NCBI RefSeq assembly: GCF_963921235.1 | Contig: NC_086097.1 | Span: 235,168,001 to 235,232,000, forward strand | From: Mobula hypostoma | Taxonomy: Eukaryota | Length of the DNA: 64,000 bases | Reading direction: 5' to 3' | Part shown: positions 25,331-36,906 of the stretch, one piece after another | How positions within the stretch are numbered: the first letter of the stretch is position 1 | Layout: each line of letters begins with the position of its first letter | The notes under the pieces: model-generated | What the model was told of the DNA's origin: nothing | What the model saw: only the letters and a program-made list of their open reading frames with translations | The model's database searches: none | Position numbers and translations under genes: made by a program

Positions 25331-26343
25331 ACAGATATTTTGATGTTTCTGTTGGTGTCCTGTTGCAACTGCTACTGCAGTTCATCATTGAATTTCTTTT
25401 GGGTAAGTTCTTCTCTGGGTCAGAGGTGCCGTAGTGTGTGATTCCCTATTCCTTTCATTTCTTTTTTGTCCGTTGCAGTTTAGTCAAGGTTCTAATACTG
25501 CGTGAGCAAGTTTGCAGTAAGCACTGGATTTCACCTGACAGAAAACCTATCAGCACTATGGTACCAGTGGGCAAGAACATGAAAACATGGACAGGAACAG
25601 GACTAGGCCATGTGCTGCTTTGGGCCTTTACTGCTACTTTATAGGCTCATGGCTGATCTCCTACCTCAAAGGCATGATTCAGCATTGTTCCCCTATCACG
25701 TCATCCCTTTAATAACCAGAGATCTATTGATCTGTGATTTGAATGAACAAATTGAGTAAATCTTTGAAACCCTCTGTGGTGCAAACTTCCAAAGGTTCAC
25801 CTCACTTTGAGTTAATAAGTTATTCCTCACCTCAGTCCTAAGGGGGCTACCCCTTGTACTGATACCTCATGGTTCTTGGCTTCTCAGTTCCTTCCTGCGT
25901 CAAGATTACCAATGTTTGCTGCAAACATAAGATTTAGGTTTATGTTCATTAATGTCAAAATTACTAAGGTACAATGAAAAACCTGTCTTGCATGCTGTTC
26001 ATACAGATTAATGCATTATAAGTGCATTGACATAGTACAACGTATGATAATTGCAGAATGCAGAATAAAGTTTAACAGCTACTGAGAAACCTCCAAGAGA
26101 ATCACAACCTTGTCATGTTTTGAAGGCTTGTGCACCTCAATGGCCCAGAGAGCTATGTTGGCTGGAGTCAGAATTTGATACTTTGGCTCTTGGTAGGGTC
26201 AAACAGGTCAAAGGGTAGAGGACAGGCTAAGAGTGGTCCACCAGTCCTCCAGGTTTGGTCATTTGACTGGTAAAACAAGATTGTTACGCAAACAGCACTG
26301 AAGAATCCTTCCACATCTGTGTGTGATGGTGTTGCTGAGTCTC

Positions 26344-26572
26344 TGTGGTAAACCATGTATATATGTTGTAACTCGGTTACCTGTCTGGACACACCCCTCT
26401 GCTGACTGCCCCTGTGGCTCCTCCCACAGAGTCCTGTATAAAGGTGTTCGCCTTGCCCCTCCCCCTCAGTCTGGGGGCAGACACTCACTGTGGAGGTCGT
26501 ATTGTACAGCGAATAAAAGCCTTTCAGTATTTTACCAAACCTCAGTCTTTTGGAGTCATTGAAGGTGCTTCA
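26344..26572 (+). repeat. 5' LTR
   Basis: TGTGGTAAACC...GGTGCTTCA, direct repeat of 30509-30737. Confidence 0.97.
26437..26517 (+). promoter_or_regulatory. LTR TATA box (26437-26442), Inr-like TCAGT (26466-26470), poly(A) signal AATAAA (26512-26517)
   Basis: Motifs in the expected order and spacing, present in both LTRs. Confidence 0.6.
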
Positions 26573-26598
26573 ATTTTATTCACTGTATGTTTTAAAAC

Positions 26599-27360
26599 AT
26601 GGAACAGGCCCTGAGACCAGAAAAATTAGACCTCGATCCGCAAACACCTGAAGCTGGAAACGCTTTCGAACTCTGGCTGGCCTGCTTCGAAGCGTATCTA
26701 GAGGAGATTAAAGCGACCGACCCTGTAGCGAAGCGCAGAGTTCTACTCTCCAGGGTCAGTCCACGGGTTTATTCGCTGATCAGAGACCAGCCGAACTACG
26801 ACGGCGCGATGAACGCACTCAAAAGACAATACCTGCGGCCGATAAACAGCGTCTATGCTCGGCATCGCTTAGCGACACGGCAACAACGCCCCGGGGAATC
26901 GAGTGCTGAGTTTGTCCGGGCCCTACGGACGCTCGTGCGAGTCTGCAATTGCCAGGAGCTGACGGTGGCGCAGCATGCAGAACTCCTAATGAGAGACGCC
27001 TTCGTTACGGGGACCAGGTCAGTGTACGTGCGCCAGCAGCTGCTGGAAAAAGCCGATCTTACCCTAAGTTCGGCGATCGAGCTGACTGATACGTTGGAGG
27101 CCGCTCTGCATAACCCCGAGGCTCTCCAGGCACGCGATCCCCCGATGGCCTCGTGGGTGCCGCAGACCCCGCAACCCGCCGGCGAATCAACCATGGCTGC
27201 TGCCAGTCGCGAGTCTGCGAAGTGCTACTTCTGCAGACTGGAGAAACACCCCCGGAAACGCTGCCCGGCCCGACAAGCTACCTGTTCCAGCTGCGGAAAG
27301 AAGGGCCACTTTGCCAAGGTCTGTAAGTCAAAACCGCGAGCGGGATCGAGCAGCGCCACG
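26599..27360 (+). CDS. gag: Gypsy Gag with tandem zinc knuckles
   Basis: ATG 26 nt after the LTR; RQQRPGESSAEFVRALR; CYFCRLEKHPRKRC and CSSCGKKGHFAKVC; frame break near 27355. Confidence 0.9.
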
Positions 27361-30337
27361 TGCAGACGTGGGGGTCGCCATCTTCCCTGCACACTGCCAC
27401 CGCGTGCGAGACATGGGGGCAGCCATCTTGGTCGGCGCCACCTCCCACCGCCTACGACCAACGGGTGCTCACGGGGCACCCCACCACGCCGGACCAAGAT
27501 AGCGACCCCACCCTGGCTTCCATGACCCTCGAGCAAAGCGCTCCCCACCAGCTCGCAAGGTCAATGATGGACATCCTGGTGGAGGGGCACAGGACAAGCT
27601 GCCTGTTTGACACCGGCAGCACGGAGAGTTTTATCCACCCGGACACGGTGCAGCATTGTGGACTCATAATACGGCTGGTAAGTCGGAGGGTCACCATGGC
27701 CTCCAGGTCGCATACAACAGACATCCGGTGGGGTTGTGTAGTGACACTAGTGGTGCAGGGCACAGAATATCGGGACTTTACGTTACTGGTCTTGCCTCAA
27801 CTGTGTGCCCCTGTGCTGTTGGGGTTAGACTTCCAGAGCCACCTGAAAAGCGTGACAATGAAGTATGATGGGCCCCTCCCGCCAATTACTGTCATAAATC
27901 CCCTGTTTTGTAGAGATATCTCACGTACCCCGCTACTGACCATACACACACACACACCGACCCGCGCATCCCACCCAACATCATGCCAACTGCCACACTA
28001 CTGACACCACTTGCGGCCTCTCCACCCTCAGGCGCTGTTCGCCAACCTGACCCCCGACTGTAAACCTGTGGCAACTAAAAGCAGGAGGTACAGCGCGGGG
28101 GACAGAGCTTTCATTAAGTCGGAGGTGCAGCGGCTGCTCAGGGAGGGGGTCATTGAGGCAAGCACAAGTCCTTGGAGGGCGCAGGTGGTGGTTGTTCGAA
28201 ACAGGGAGAGGAGTAGGATGATCGTGGACTATAGCCAGACCATCAATAGGTTCACGCAGCTCGACGCGTACCCTCTACCGCGCATCGCGGATATGGTCAA
28301 TCAGATAGCACAGTACAAGGTGTACTCGACCATAGACCTAAAATCCGCTTACCATCAGCTCCCCATCCGCCGGGAGGACCGCCCTTACACTGCCTTTGAG
28401 GCGGACGGCAGGCTTTATCAATTCCTGCGCGTCCCCTTTGGTGTCACGAATGGTGTATCTGTCTTCCAGAGGGCAATGCACCGGATGGTGGACCAGTGCC
28501 AACTGAAGGCCACGTTCCCATATCTGGATAACATCTCCATCTGCGGTCACGACCAGCAGGATCACAACAACCTCCAAAAATTTCTCCAAGCGGCCAAATC
28601 TTTCACCTCACCAATAACAAGGACACATGTGTATTTGGGACCACCCGACTTGCTATCCTTGGGTGTGTCGTGGAGAATGGAGTCATTGGCCCTGACCCCG
28701 ACCGTATGCACCCCTTGTTGGAACTCCCTCTTCCCAATACCCTCAGAGCCCTCAAAAGGTGCCTGGGCTTCTTTTCACATTACGCCCAATGGGTCTCTAA
28801 CTATGCAGACAAGGCCCGCCCCCTGGTCAAGTCCACCACATTCCCCCTCTCTGCCGAGGCCCACGCGGCCTTCAACCGCACAAAAGGGGACATTGCCAAA
28901 GCAGCAATGCATGTGGTGGATGAGGCCATTCCCTTCCAAGTAGAGAGTGACGCATCTGACTTTGCGCTGGCTGCTACCCTCAACCAGGCAGGAAGACCAG
29001 TGGCGTTCTTCTCCCGTACCCTTCAAGGCCCTGAAATTCTGCACTCTGCGGTAGAGAAAGAGGCCCAGGCCATAGTGGAAGCTATAAGGCACTGGAGGCA
29101 CTATCTTGCCGGCAAAAGGTTCACCCTGCTAACTGACCAGCGCTCAGTCGCATTCATCTTTAATAATCAGCAGCGGAGCAAAATCAAAAATGATAAAATT
29201 CTGAGGTGGAGAATTGAACTCTCCACCTACAACTATGACATCATGTACAGGCCTGGGAAGCTCAACGAGCCCTCCGATGCCCTATCCCGAGGAACATGCG
29301 CCAGCGCGCAGATCGACCGGCTATACGCCCTACATGTAGATCTTTGCCACCCGGGAGTCACCCGGCTTTTCCACTTCGTGAAAGCCCAGAACCTGCCTTA
29401 CTCCCTTGAGGAGATCAGGATGATGACCAGGGACTGCCAAGTCTGCGCAGAGTGCAAACCGCACTTCTACCGACCCGAAAAGGCACCACTCATCAAGGCC
29501 ACCCGCCCCTTTGAGCGACTGAGTGTTGATTTTAAGGGCCCCCTTCCCTCCACCGACCGCAATGTGTACTTTCTTAACGTAATTGACGAGTACTCGCGGT
29601 TCCCCTTCGCCATCCCCTGCCCCGACACCACTACTACGTCAGTTATAAAAGCCCTGCGCAAGCTCTTCGCTCTGTTTGGATACCCATGCTATATCCACAG
29701 TGACAGGGGGTCCTCGTTTATGAGTGACGAGCTGCGCCAATATCTACTGGCTAGGGGAATTGCAACCAGTAGGACCACGAGCTATAATCCCCGGGGGAAT
29801 GGACAGGTAGAGAAGGAGAATGGCACGGTGTGGAAAGCCACACTCTTAGCCCTCAGGTCAAAGGGACTGCCGGTCTCCCACTGGCAGGAGGTCCTTCCCG
29901 AGGCACTCCACTCCATCCGCTCCCTGTTATGCACAGCCACCAATGCCACCCCTCATGAGCGGCTCTTTTCTTTTCCCAGAAAATCGACCACTGGAACCAC
30001 CCTACCAACTTGGCTGACGTCCCCGGGGCCAGTGCTGCTTTGGAAACATGCGAGGAGCAATAAATACTCCCCGATAGTCGAGAGGGTTCACTTACTTCAA
30101 GCGAACCCCCAGTATGCCTACGTGGTTTTACCTGATGGGCGGGAGGACACGGTCTCCATCCGCGACCTGGCGCCCGCAGGAGCTCCGGGCCCCTACCCTG
30201 AACACTCCGTGATGACTATTGACCCCGTACCCACCAATGTATGTACCTACGGGACACCGTGCGCCCCAAACCCTATACAGACACCACACGACACTCCCAT
30301 ACCGGGTGCGACGCACACGCACGAGGGATTCGCCTAG
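27360..30337 (+). pseudogene. pol: Gypsy Pol (PR, RT, RNase H, integrase), disrupted
   Basis: LFDTGS; DLKSAYHQ, VPFGV, YLDN; ESDASD, EKEAQA, LTDQRS; HHCC (HVDLCH..CQVC), VDFKGP, SDRGSSF, NGQVE; stop at 28002 and frameshift near 28600. Confidence 0.93.
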
Positions 30338-30488
30338 CGTGCTGGCACCTGAAGTCAGGCCAGAGCCAGCACAACCGCCATCGCCGGTGCTACGTAGGTC
30401 ACAGCGACGAACTCGACCGCCTGATAGACTTAACCTGTAAATATACTTGTAAATATTGTCAGTCACTTCACCCCGCGGGACGCTTTTT

Positions 30489-30508
30489 AAAAAAAAGGGA
30501 GGGGTGAA
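30489..30508 (+). other. Polypurine tract
   Basis: AAAAAAAAGGGAGGGGTGAA directly before the 3' LTR. Confidence 0.9.
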
Positions 30509-30737
30509 TGTGGTAAACCATGTATATATGTTGTAACTCGGTTGCCTGTCTGGACACAGCCCTCTGCTGACTGCCCCTGTGGCTCCTCCCACAGAGTCCT
30601 GTATAAAGGTGTTCGCCTTGCCCCTCCCCCTCAGTCCGGGGGCAGACACTCACTGTGGAGGTCGTATTGTACAGCGAATAAAAGCCTTTCATTATTTTAC
30701 CAAACCTCAGTCTTTTGGAGTAATTGAAGGTGCTTCA
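30509..30737 (+). repeat. 3' LTR
   Basis: Direct repeat of 26344-26572. Confidence 0.97.
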
Positions 30738-31379
30738 GTCTCCCCCCGGGAATGCATGACTGACAGTGATAAAAACTGAGATAAAGTTATTGGAATGATG
30801 AAGGGAGGAGCGAACACCACCAGAGATGGAGGACCTTCATTGCTGCCTGAAAGCCAGTCATGTAACAGGCAAAAGAGAGAGAGCTGCTGAGAAAGTGCAG
30901 CGCAGGTAGACAACATTGAGTAAAGTGATAAAAATGTAGATTATGAGGTCAAAGGTCCATCTTATCATACTAAGGAACTATTTAACAGTCTTATGACAGC
31001 AGGGTAGAAGCTGTCCTTGATACTGGTGGTACATGCTTTCAGGCTTTTGTACCTTCTGCCCAGTGGGAGAGGGGAGATAATGTTTGAGCTGGCTGCAGCC
31101 TGTGATTATGCTGGCTGCCTTACTGAGCCAGTCAGAAGTACAGAAAGTCTCCATGTGTTTTCTGTGATGTGCTAACCTATGTCCACAACTCTCTGCAGTT
31201 CTTCCAGTCACGCGCAGAGCAGTAAGAGGGAAAAGAGGGCAAGTGGTAAGTGGAGCTTGCTGTCATGGCAATGTCTTCTTCTGATTGGCTGAAAAATTTT
31301 TAGGTTTTCCAAAAAAAATGTGTAAGAAGTGAAAATAGATAGGGCTTGAAATACTCAGCCAGAAATATCAGCCAGAGGC

Positions 31380-32045
31380 ATCGTGCAGACAAATGCGGGG
31401 TGCTGCTGTTTGGTAGGTCTTACACAGTAATGGTAGGACACTGAGGAGTGTGGTAGAATAAAGGGAGCTGGGAATACAGGTCCTTAAATGAAAGTATTGA
31501 GTACAAGAGATGGAATGTTCTGTTGAAGTTGTATAAGACAATGGTGAGGCCTAATTAGGAGTACTATGTGCAGCATTGGTAGGATGTAAGTAAGTTTGAA
31601 AGAGTGTAGAGAAAATTTACAAGGATGCTGTTGGGGTCAGAGGACTTAAGTTATAAGGAAAGATTGAATAAGTTAAGATTATTTTCCTTGGAACATAGAA
31701 GATTGGAAGGAGGTTTGATAGAGGTGTACAAAATTATGAGGGGTAGAGATGGGTAAATGCAAGCAGGCTTTTCCCACTGAGGTTGGGTGGGACTGCAACT
31801 CGAGGTCATGGGTTAAGGGTGAAAGGTGAAAAGTTTAAGGGAACATGAGGGGAAACTTCTTTATTTAGAGGGTTGTAAAATTGTGGAACAAGCTACCAGC
31901 ACAAGTGATGCATTCAAGCTCAGTTTCAACTCTTAAGAGAAATTTGGATAGGTACATGGATGGTAGGGATATGGAGAGCTATGCTCCCAGTGTAAGCCAG
32001 TGGGAGTAGGCTATTAAAATGGTTTGGCATGGAGTAGAAGGGCTT
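31380..32045 (+). mobile_element. Decayed CR1 3' region
   Basis: Homologous to the reverse complement of 17700-18450. Confidence 0.8.
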
Positions 32046-33104
32046 TATTTTGTTTTGCAATGGCAACGGTAGTGCTGATGATTGGCCTCTGTCCGAAACA
32101 CTGACTGTTTATTCCTCTCCATAAAAGCTGTCTGATCTGTTGAGTTCTTCCAGCATTTTGTGTTTTGTGCTTCATTTATAGTTATTGTGGACCTCAGTTC
32201 CTTTTGGTGAGGGCAATGCAGAATGTTTGTTCAAAATTCCATAAACAAGTGATCTGGGGCAGGGCAAAGTCTATGGAGGAAGAGGCAGATTTTGTAAACT
32301 CCCTCTCATTTTATCTGTTCTTGCTGTGCTGCTGTAAAGGATGATTCAGGAGGGCAGGAAGATGGACTTTAAGTAATGGGTCTTTACTGATTCACAGAGT
32401 AATCAAGTTATTTCCCCAGATAATAAGTTTGAAAATTACATGTATTTAATAGTGCACCTTCCTTTCAATTAAAAAAAATCTTTGCCTGAAGTACAAAAAC
32501 GATTAAGTCTAAAATATAACAAAGAATATTTTCTGTCCATTGGACTCATTGCCTAATTAAAGATTTTCTTTTCAGCAGTATAACAAATCAATGATAACTT
32601 CAAATCTTATGTTACGTTAGGGTCAGATCTCATCTGTATGCAATTGCGAAGAGAAAACTGATAAAATAATCTGTCAGGCAAACAAATGGATGCACAAGCA
32701 TTCAGGATGTTCAGAATTCAATTGAATGCTAAAGTTGTTGTTGAGTTACTGTAGCACGGGGAGCAATTTCAATGAGATGAATGATCTTTATTAAGTTGAC
32801 ATTTTATGCTCTGAAAAACTATTTGGAATGGAGGTATTTTGATTGGGTACATTTATATTCTCTTTTATTTTGTAAAAAAAGATGTAGAAAAATCAATATT
32901 TGCTTTCACTGTAAACAATCTCTGCAACTTGATCTAAAGCTACCTACCAATTGTGTATAAAGTCCAATTAGTTCCGATGATTTGACCCAAGCATGAAAAC
33001 AAGTAGAATAGCATTCTATAAGTACTACTCAGTAGGCTACAGAACAGGAGAGAATGAATATATCTGCCTGGTGTATTTCAGCAGTCTTTGTTCTTCACCT
33101 GAAC

Positions 33105-33621
33105 AGAGAACATAGAATGTTTAGCACCACAGCTCAATACTGACCCTTCAGCCCGCGATGATGTGCCAACCTTTTAACCAGCTGCAAGATCAAACTAACC
33201 CTTCCGTCACACATAGCCATCCATTTTTCTATCATCCATGTGCCTATCTAATGTACCTGCTTCTAACAGCATGCATGTTCCACACATTCACCATCTCTGT
33301 GTTCAAAAAACACTTACCTCTAACATCTTCCCCTATACTTTTCTCCAGTCACCTCAAAATTATGACTCCTCTTTTTTGCCCTGGCTATTTCTGCCCTGGG
33401 AAAAGTGTCTCTGGCTATTTACTTGATCTATACGTTTTCTGTTGGACACCTCTATCAAGTCATCTCCCATCCTCCTCCTCTTCAAAGAGCAGCACTTTAG
33501 CTCACTCAAACTTTACTCATAAGATATGGTCTCTAACTTAAGCAGTATGCTGGTAAATCTCCTCTGCAACCTCTTTAAAGCTTCCACATCCTTCCTATAA
33601 TGAGAGGACCAGAACTGAACA
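33105..33621 (-). mobile_element. Decayed CR1 3' region
   Basis: Reversed tail GAACATAGAA and RT C-terminal motifs (GACCAGAACTG). Confidence 0.7.
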
Positions 33622-33639
33622 GGTTTGAGAGAGGTTTGG

Positions 33640-34710
33640 ATGGGGAGCGATTAACGGGTCCCTTTCGGAATGGCAGGCGGTGACCAGTGGGGTACCCTAG
33701 GGTTCAGTGCTGGGACCGCAGCTGTTTACAATATATATTAATGATTTAGATGAGTGAATTAAAAGTAACATTAGCAAATTTGCCAATGACACAAAGCTGG
33801 GTGGCAGTGTGAAATGTGAAGAGCATATTATGAGAATGCAGGGTGACTTGGACAGGCTGGGTGAGTGGGCAGATGCATGGCAGATGCAGTTTAATGTGGA
33901 TAAGTGTGAGGTTATCCACTTTGGTGCTAAGAACGGGAAGGCAGATTATTATCTAAAAGGAGTCAAGTTAAGAAAAGGGGAAGCACAACGAGATCTAGGT
34001 GTTCTTGTACATCAGTCACTGAAAGCAAGCATGCAAGTACAGCAGGCAGTGAAAAAAGCCAATGGCATGCTGGCCTTCATAACAAGGGGAATTGAGTATA
34101 AGAGCAAAGAGGTCCTTCTGCAGTTGTACAGGGCCCTGGTGAGACCACACCTGGAGTACTGTGTGCAGTTTTGGTCTCCAAATTTGAGGAAGGACATTCT
34201 TGCTATTGAGAGAGTGCAGCGTAGGTTCACAAGGTTAATTCCTGGGATGGCGGGACTGTCATATGTCGAAAGATTGGAGCGACTGGGCTTGTATACTCTG
34301 GAATTTAGAAGGCTCAGAGGGGATCTTATTGAAACATATAAGATTATTAAGGGATTGGACATGCTGGAGGCAGGAAGCATGTTCCCGCTGATGGGCGAGT
34401 CCAGAACCAAAGGCCACAGTTTAAGAATTAGGGGTTGGCCATTTAGAACGGAGCTGAGGAAAAACTTTTTCACCCAGAGAGTGGTGGATATATGGAATGC
34501 TCTGCCCCAGAAGGCTGTGGAGGCCAAGTCTCTGGATGCTTTCAAAAAAGATAGGGATAGAGCTCTTAAAGATAGTGGAATCAAAGGTTATGGGGATAAG
34601 GCAGGAACTGGATACTGATAGTGGATGATCAGCCATGATCACAGTGAATGGCAGTGCTGGCTCGAGGGGCCGAATGGCCTACTCCTGCACCTATTGTCTA
34701 TTGTCTATTA
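33640..34710 (+). mobile_element. Young 5'-truncated CR1
   Basis: ORF 33809-34618 intact RT C-terminus (WQMQFNVDKC, RPHLEYCVQFWSP, FFTQRVV); (CTATTGT)n tail. Confidence 0.92.
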
Positions 34711-34711
34711 T

Positions 34712-36230
34712 TTGACAAGGCACAGCTCAAGTGCCCTCTATAAATATGCCAGTAGCACTACTGTTGTTGGCAGAATCTCAGATGGTGGTGAAGAAGCACA
34801 CAAGAATGAGACAGATCAGCTGGTTCAATTGTGTCACACCAACAACTTGTCACTCAGTATCAGTAAGACCAAGGAACTGATTGTGGAATTCAGGAAGGGG
34901 AAGTTGCACGCACCCATCCTCATTAAGGATCAGTGATGGATATGGTGGCAGCTTTGAGTTCCTGGGCATTAACATTTTTAAGATTCTATCCTGAGCCCAA
35001 CCTATCGATGCTATCAGAGGAGGAAACTGGAAGTCCATGAGCTAGTCCTCATCAGGAGATCAAAGGAGGAGAGGGAAGTAACATTAAATTCCTCATCATT
35101 ATTATTTCAGAGCATCTGTCTTGGGTCCAGCATGGAGTGTCAATACAACGAAGGCACAGTAGTGCCTCTACGTTCTTACAAGTTTGCAAAGACTCAACAT
35201 GTCATCTAAAACGGTGGTGGAGTGCATACAGAGTGGTTGCATCACATCCTGATATGGAAACACCAGTGCCATTGAATGAAAAAGGCTACAAAATGTACAG
35301 GTCACTATCCATCACCACCTTTGAGCACAGCTACAAGTAGTGCGGTCACAGGAAAGCACCCCTCCATCTTCAAGAACCCATGCCATTCGGCCATGTTCCC
35401 TCTCACTGTTTCTGTCAAGAAGAAGTTGTGGGAGGTTTTGTTCCCACACCACTATGTTCAGGAACAGTTATTACCTCTTCATCTTCAGGCTCCTGAATCA
35501 GGGTGGATAATTTCACTCCTTCCAACACTGAACTGACTCCACAATTTATAAACTAAATTCCAGGTCTCTACAACACATGGTTCAATATTATTTAGTTATT
35601 TGTTTGTTTTCTAAATTATTATTTTGCTTTTCATTTTGTATTTACTCAGCTTGTTGCCTTTTGCACATTGATTGTCTGTGTATTTTTCATTGATTCTATT
35701 GTGTTTCTTTGAATGCCCACAAGAAAATGAATCTGAGGGTAGCGTGTGTACTTTGAGAATAAATTTACGTTTGACTTTGAGCTTTGAAGTATGAAGAAGG
35801 CAGGCTAGTGGCTGTATTTCATTCAGAGCTTGAGGAGATGTCAGCAAAGCCTCGGACAAATTTGACCAGATGTGCAGTGACAGGCGAGCACTCTAATTGG
35901 TTCTTCACCAAGTGGTTTGCAGGCTCCGATGCTCAGCTTTTCAGAAGGCTGCAATGTGTTGTACACTCAGCCACCAGCATCATGGACAGAAGCTTCCCCA
36001 CCATCAAGGACATCTCCAAGAAGCGGTGCCTCTAGAAACTGGTATTCATCATTAAAGACCCCACCATCCAGGACTTGCATTCTTTGTGTTACTCTTATCG
36101 GAGAGGAGCTACAAGAGCCTAGAGACCCTATACTGAATGATTTAGGAACAGCTATTTCCCCTCTGCTATCAGACTTCTGAGCAGTCCATGAACCCATGTT
36201 ATCCGGATCATTATCCATCTTTTGCATGAT
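34712..36230 (+). mobile_element. Decayed Rex1/Babar-like fragments
   Basis: NNLSLSISKTKELIVEFRK in ORF 34625-34936 and later C-terminal remnants. Confidence 0.65.
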
Positions 36231-36496
36231 TTACTTCACAGCAAGGTCCAAAGGTGCTGACTTGAATGGATTTTCCTTTCCCTAATTCTGGATAGTCTAA
36301 GGTATGTGTTTCAAGAACTCTCAAATATCCAAGGAAACTAATATTATGAGCATTTTTCTGCCCTTTATCTAAAAAAAATATGCTAGCATTTGAAAGGGAT
36401 GAGAGGAGGTTCATAAGAATGACTCTGGGAATGAAAGGTTTAACATATAGAGAGCATTTGATGACTCTGGCCAGTACTTACTGGAATTTATGAGAA

Positions 36497-36890
36497 TGTC
36501 ATGGTCCCGTCTGGCAATTCCCCATCTTGCTATTATCTCATTGATTGTGCCTTAATTCCTGTCGGCTGATTCCCAATTATTGCTAGTTCCATTTATTACA
36601 GCACTCCTGGTTCCCATTAGCGAACATAGGATAAGAACGTCTAGCGTCAAAGCCATGCTTCGCCAGTTCGTTGGTCAATTCTAGTGTGTGCAAGCCTCGT
36701 TTCCTGATTCCTTAGGACTGTCAGTTCTAAGTTCCGCACTATTCCCTGGATTAACCACGTAAACCTTGTCTCCGTGTAAAGACTCTCCTGGATACCTGTT
36801 CCACCTTCTCAGCTGTGCGAGCGCCTCGTGATCCTGTCTCTGTGCCTGTGTCCTGCACTTGAATTCATCCCCAGCCACGTCCTTGTAACA
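36497..36890 (+). repeat. 5' LTR of sushi-type element
   Basis: TGTCATGG...TGTAACA, 394 bp. Confidence 0.95.
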
Positions 36891-36891
36891 G

Positions 36892-36902
36892 AACGAACTG
36901 GC
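36892..36902 (+). other. Self-priming primer-binding site
   Basis: AACGAACTGGC is the exact complement of GCCAGTTCGTT at 36662-36672 in the LTR. Confidence 0.85.
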
Positions 36903-36906
36903 CAGA

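Larger units (their letters stand above)
26344..30737 (+). mobile_element. Complete Ty3/Gypsy LTR retrotransposon (Mag-like), young but frameshifted
   Basis: Two 229-bp TG...CA LTRs with 5 differences by eye; GTCTC TSD at 26339-26343 and 30738-30742; gag-PR-RT-RH-IN order; PPT present. Clade call from the Gag double knuckle is tentative. Confidence 0.97.

Noticed and set aside
33105..34710. Divergent CR1 pair as a twin-priming inversion
   Set aside because: The halves cover overlapping RT regions, have separate tails and differ in decay, so they are independent insertions.
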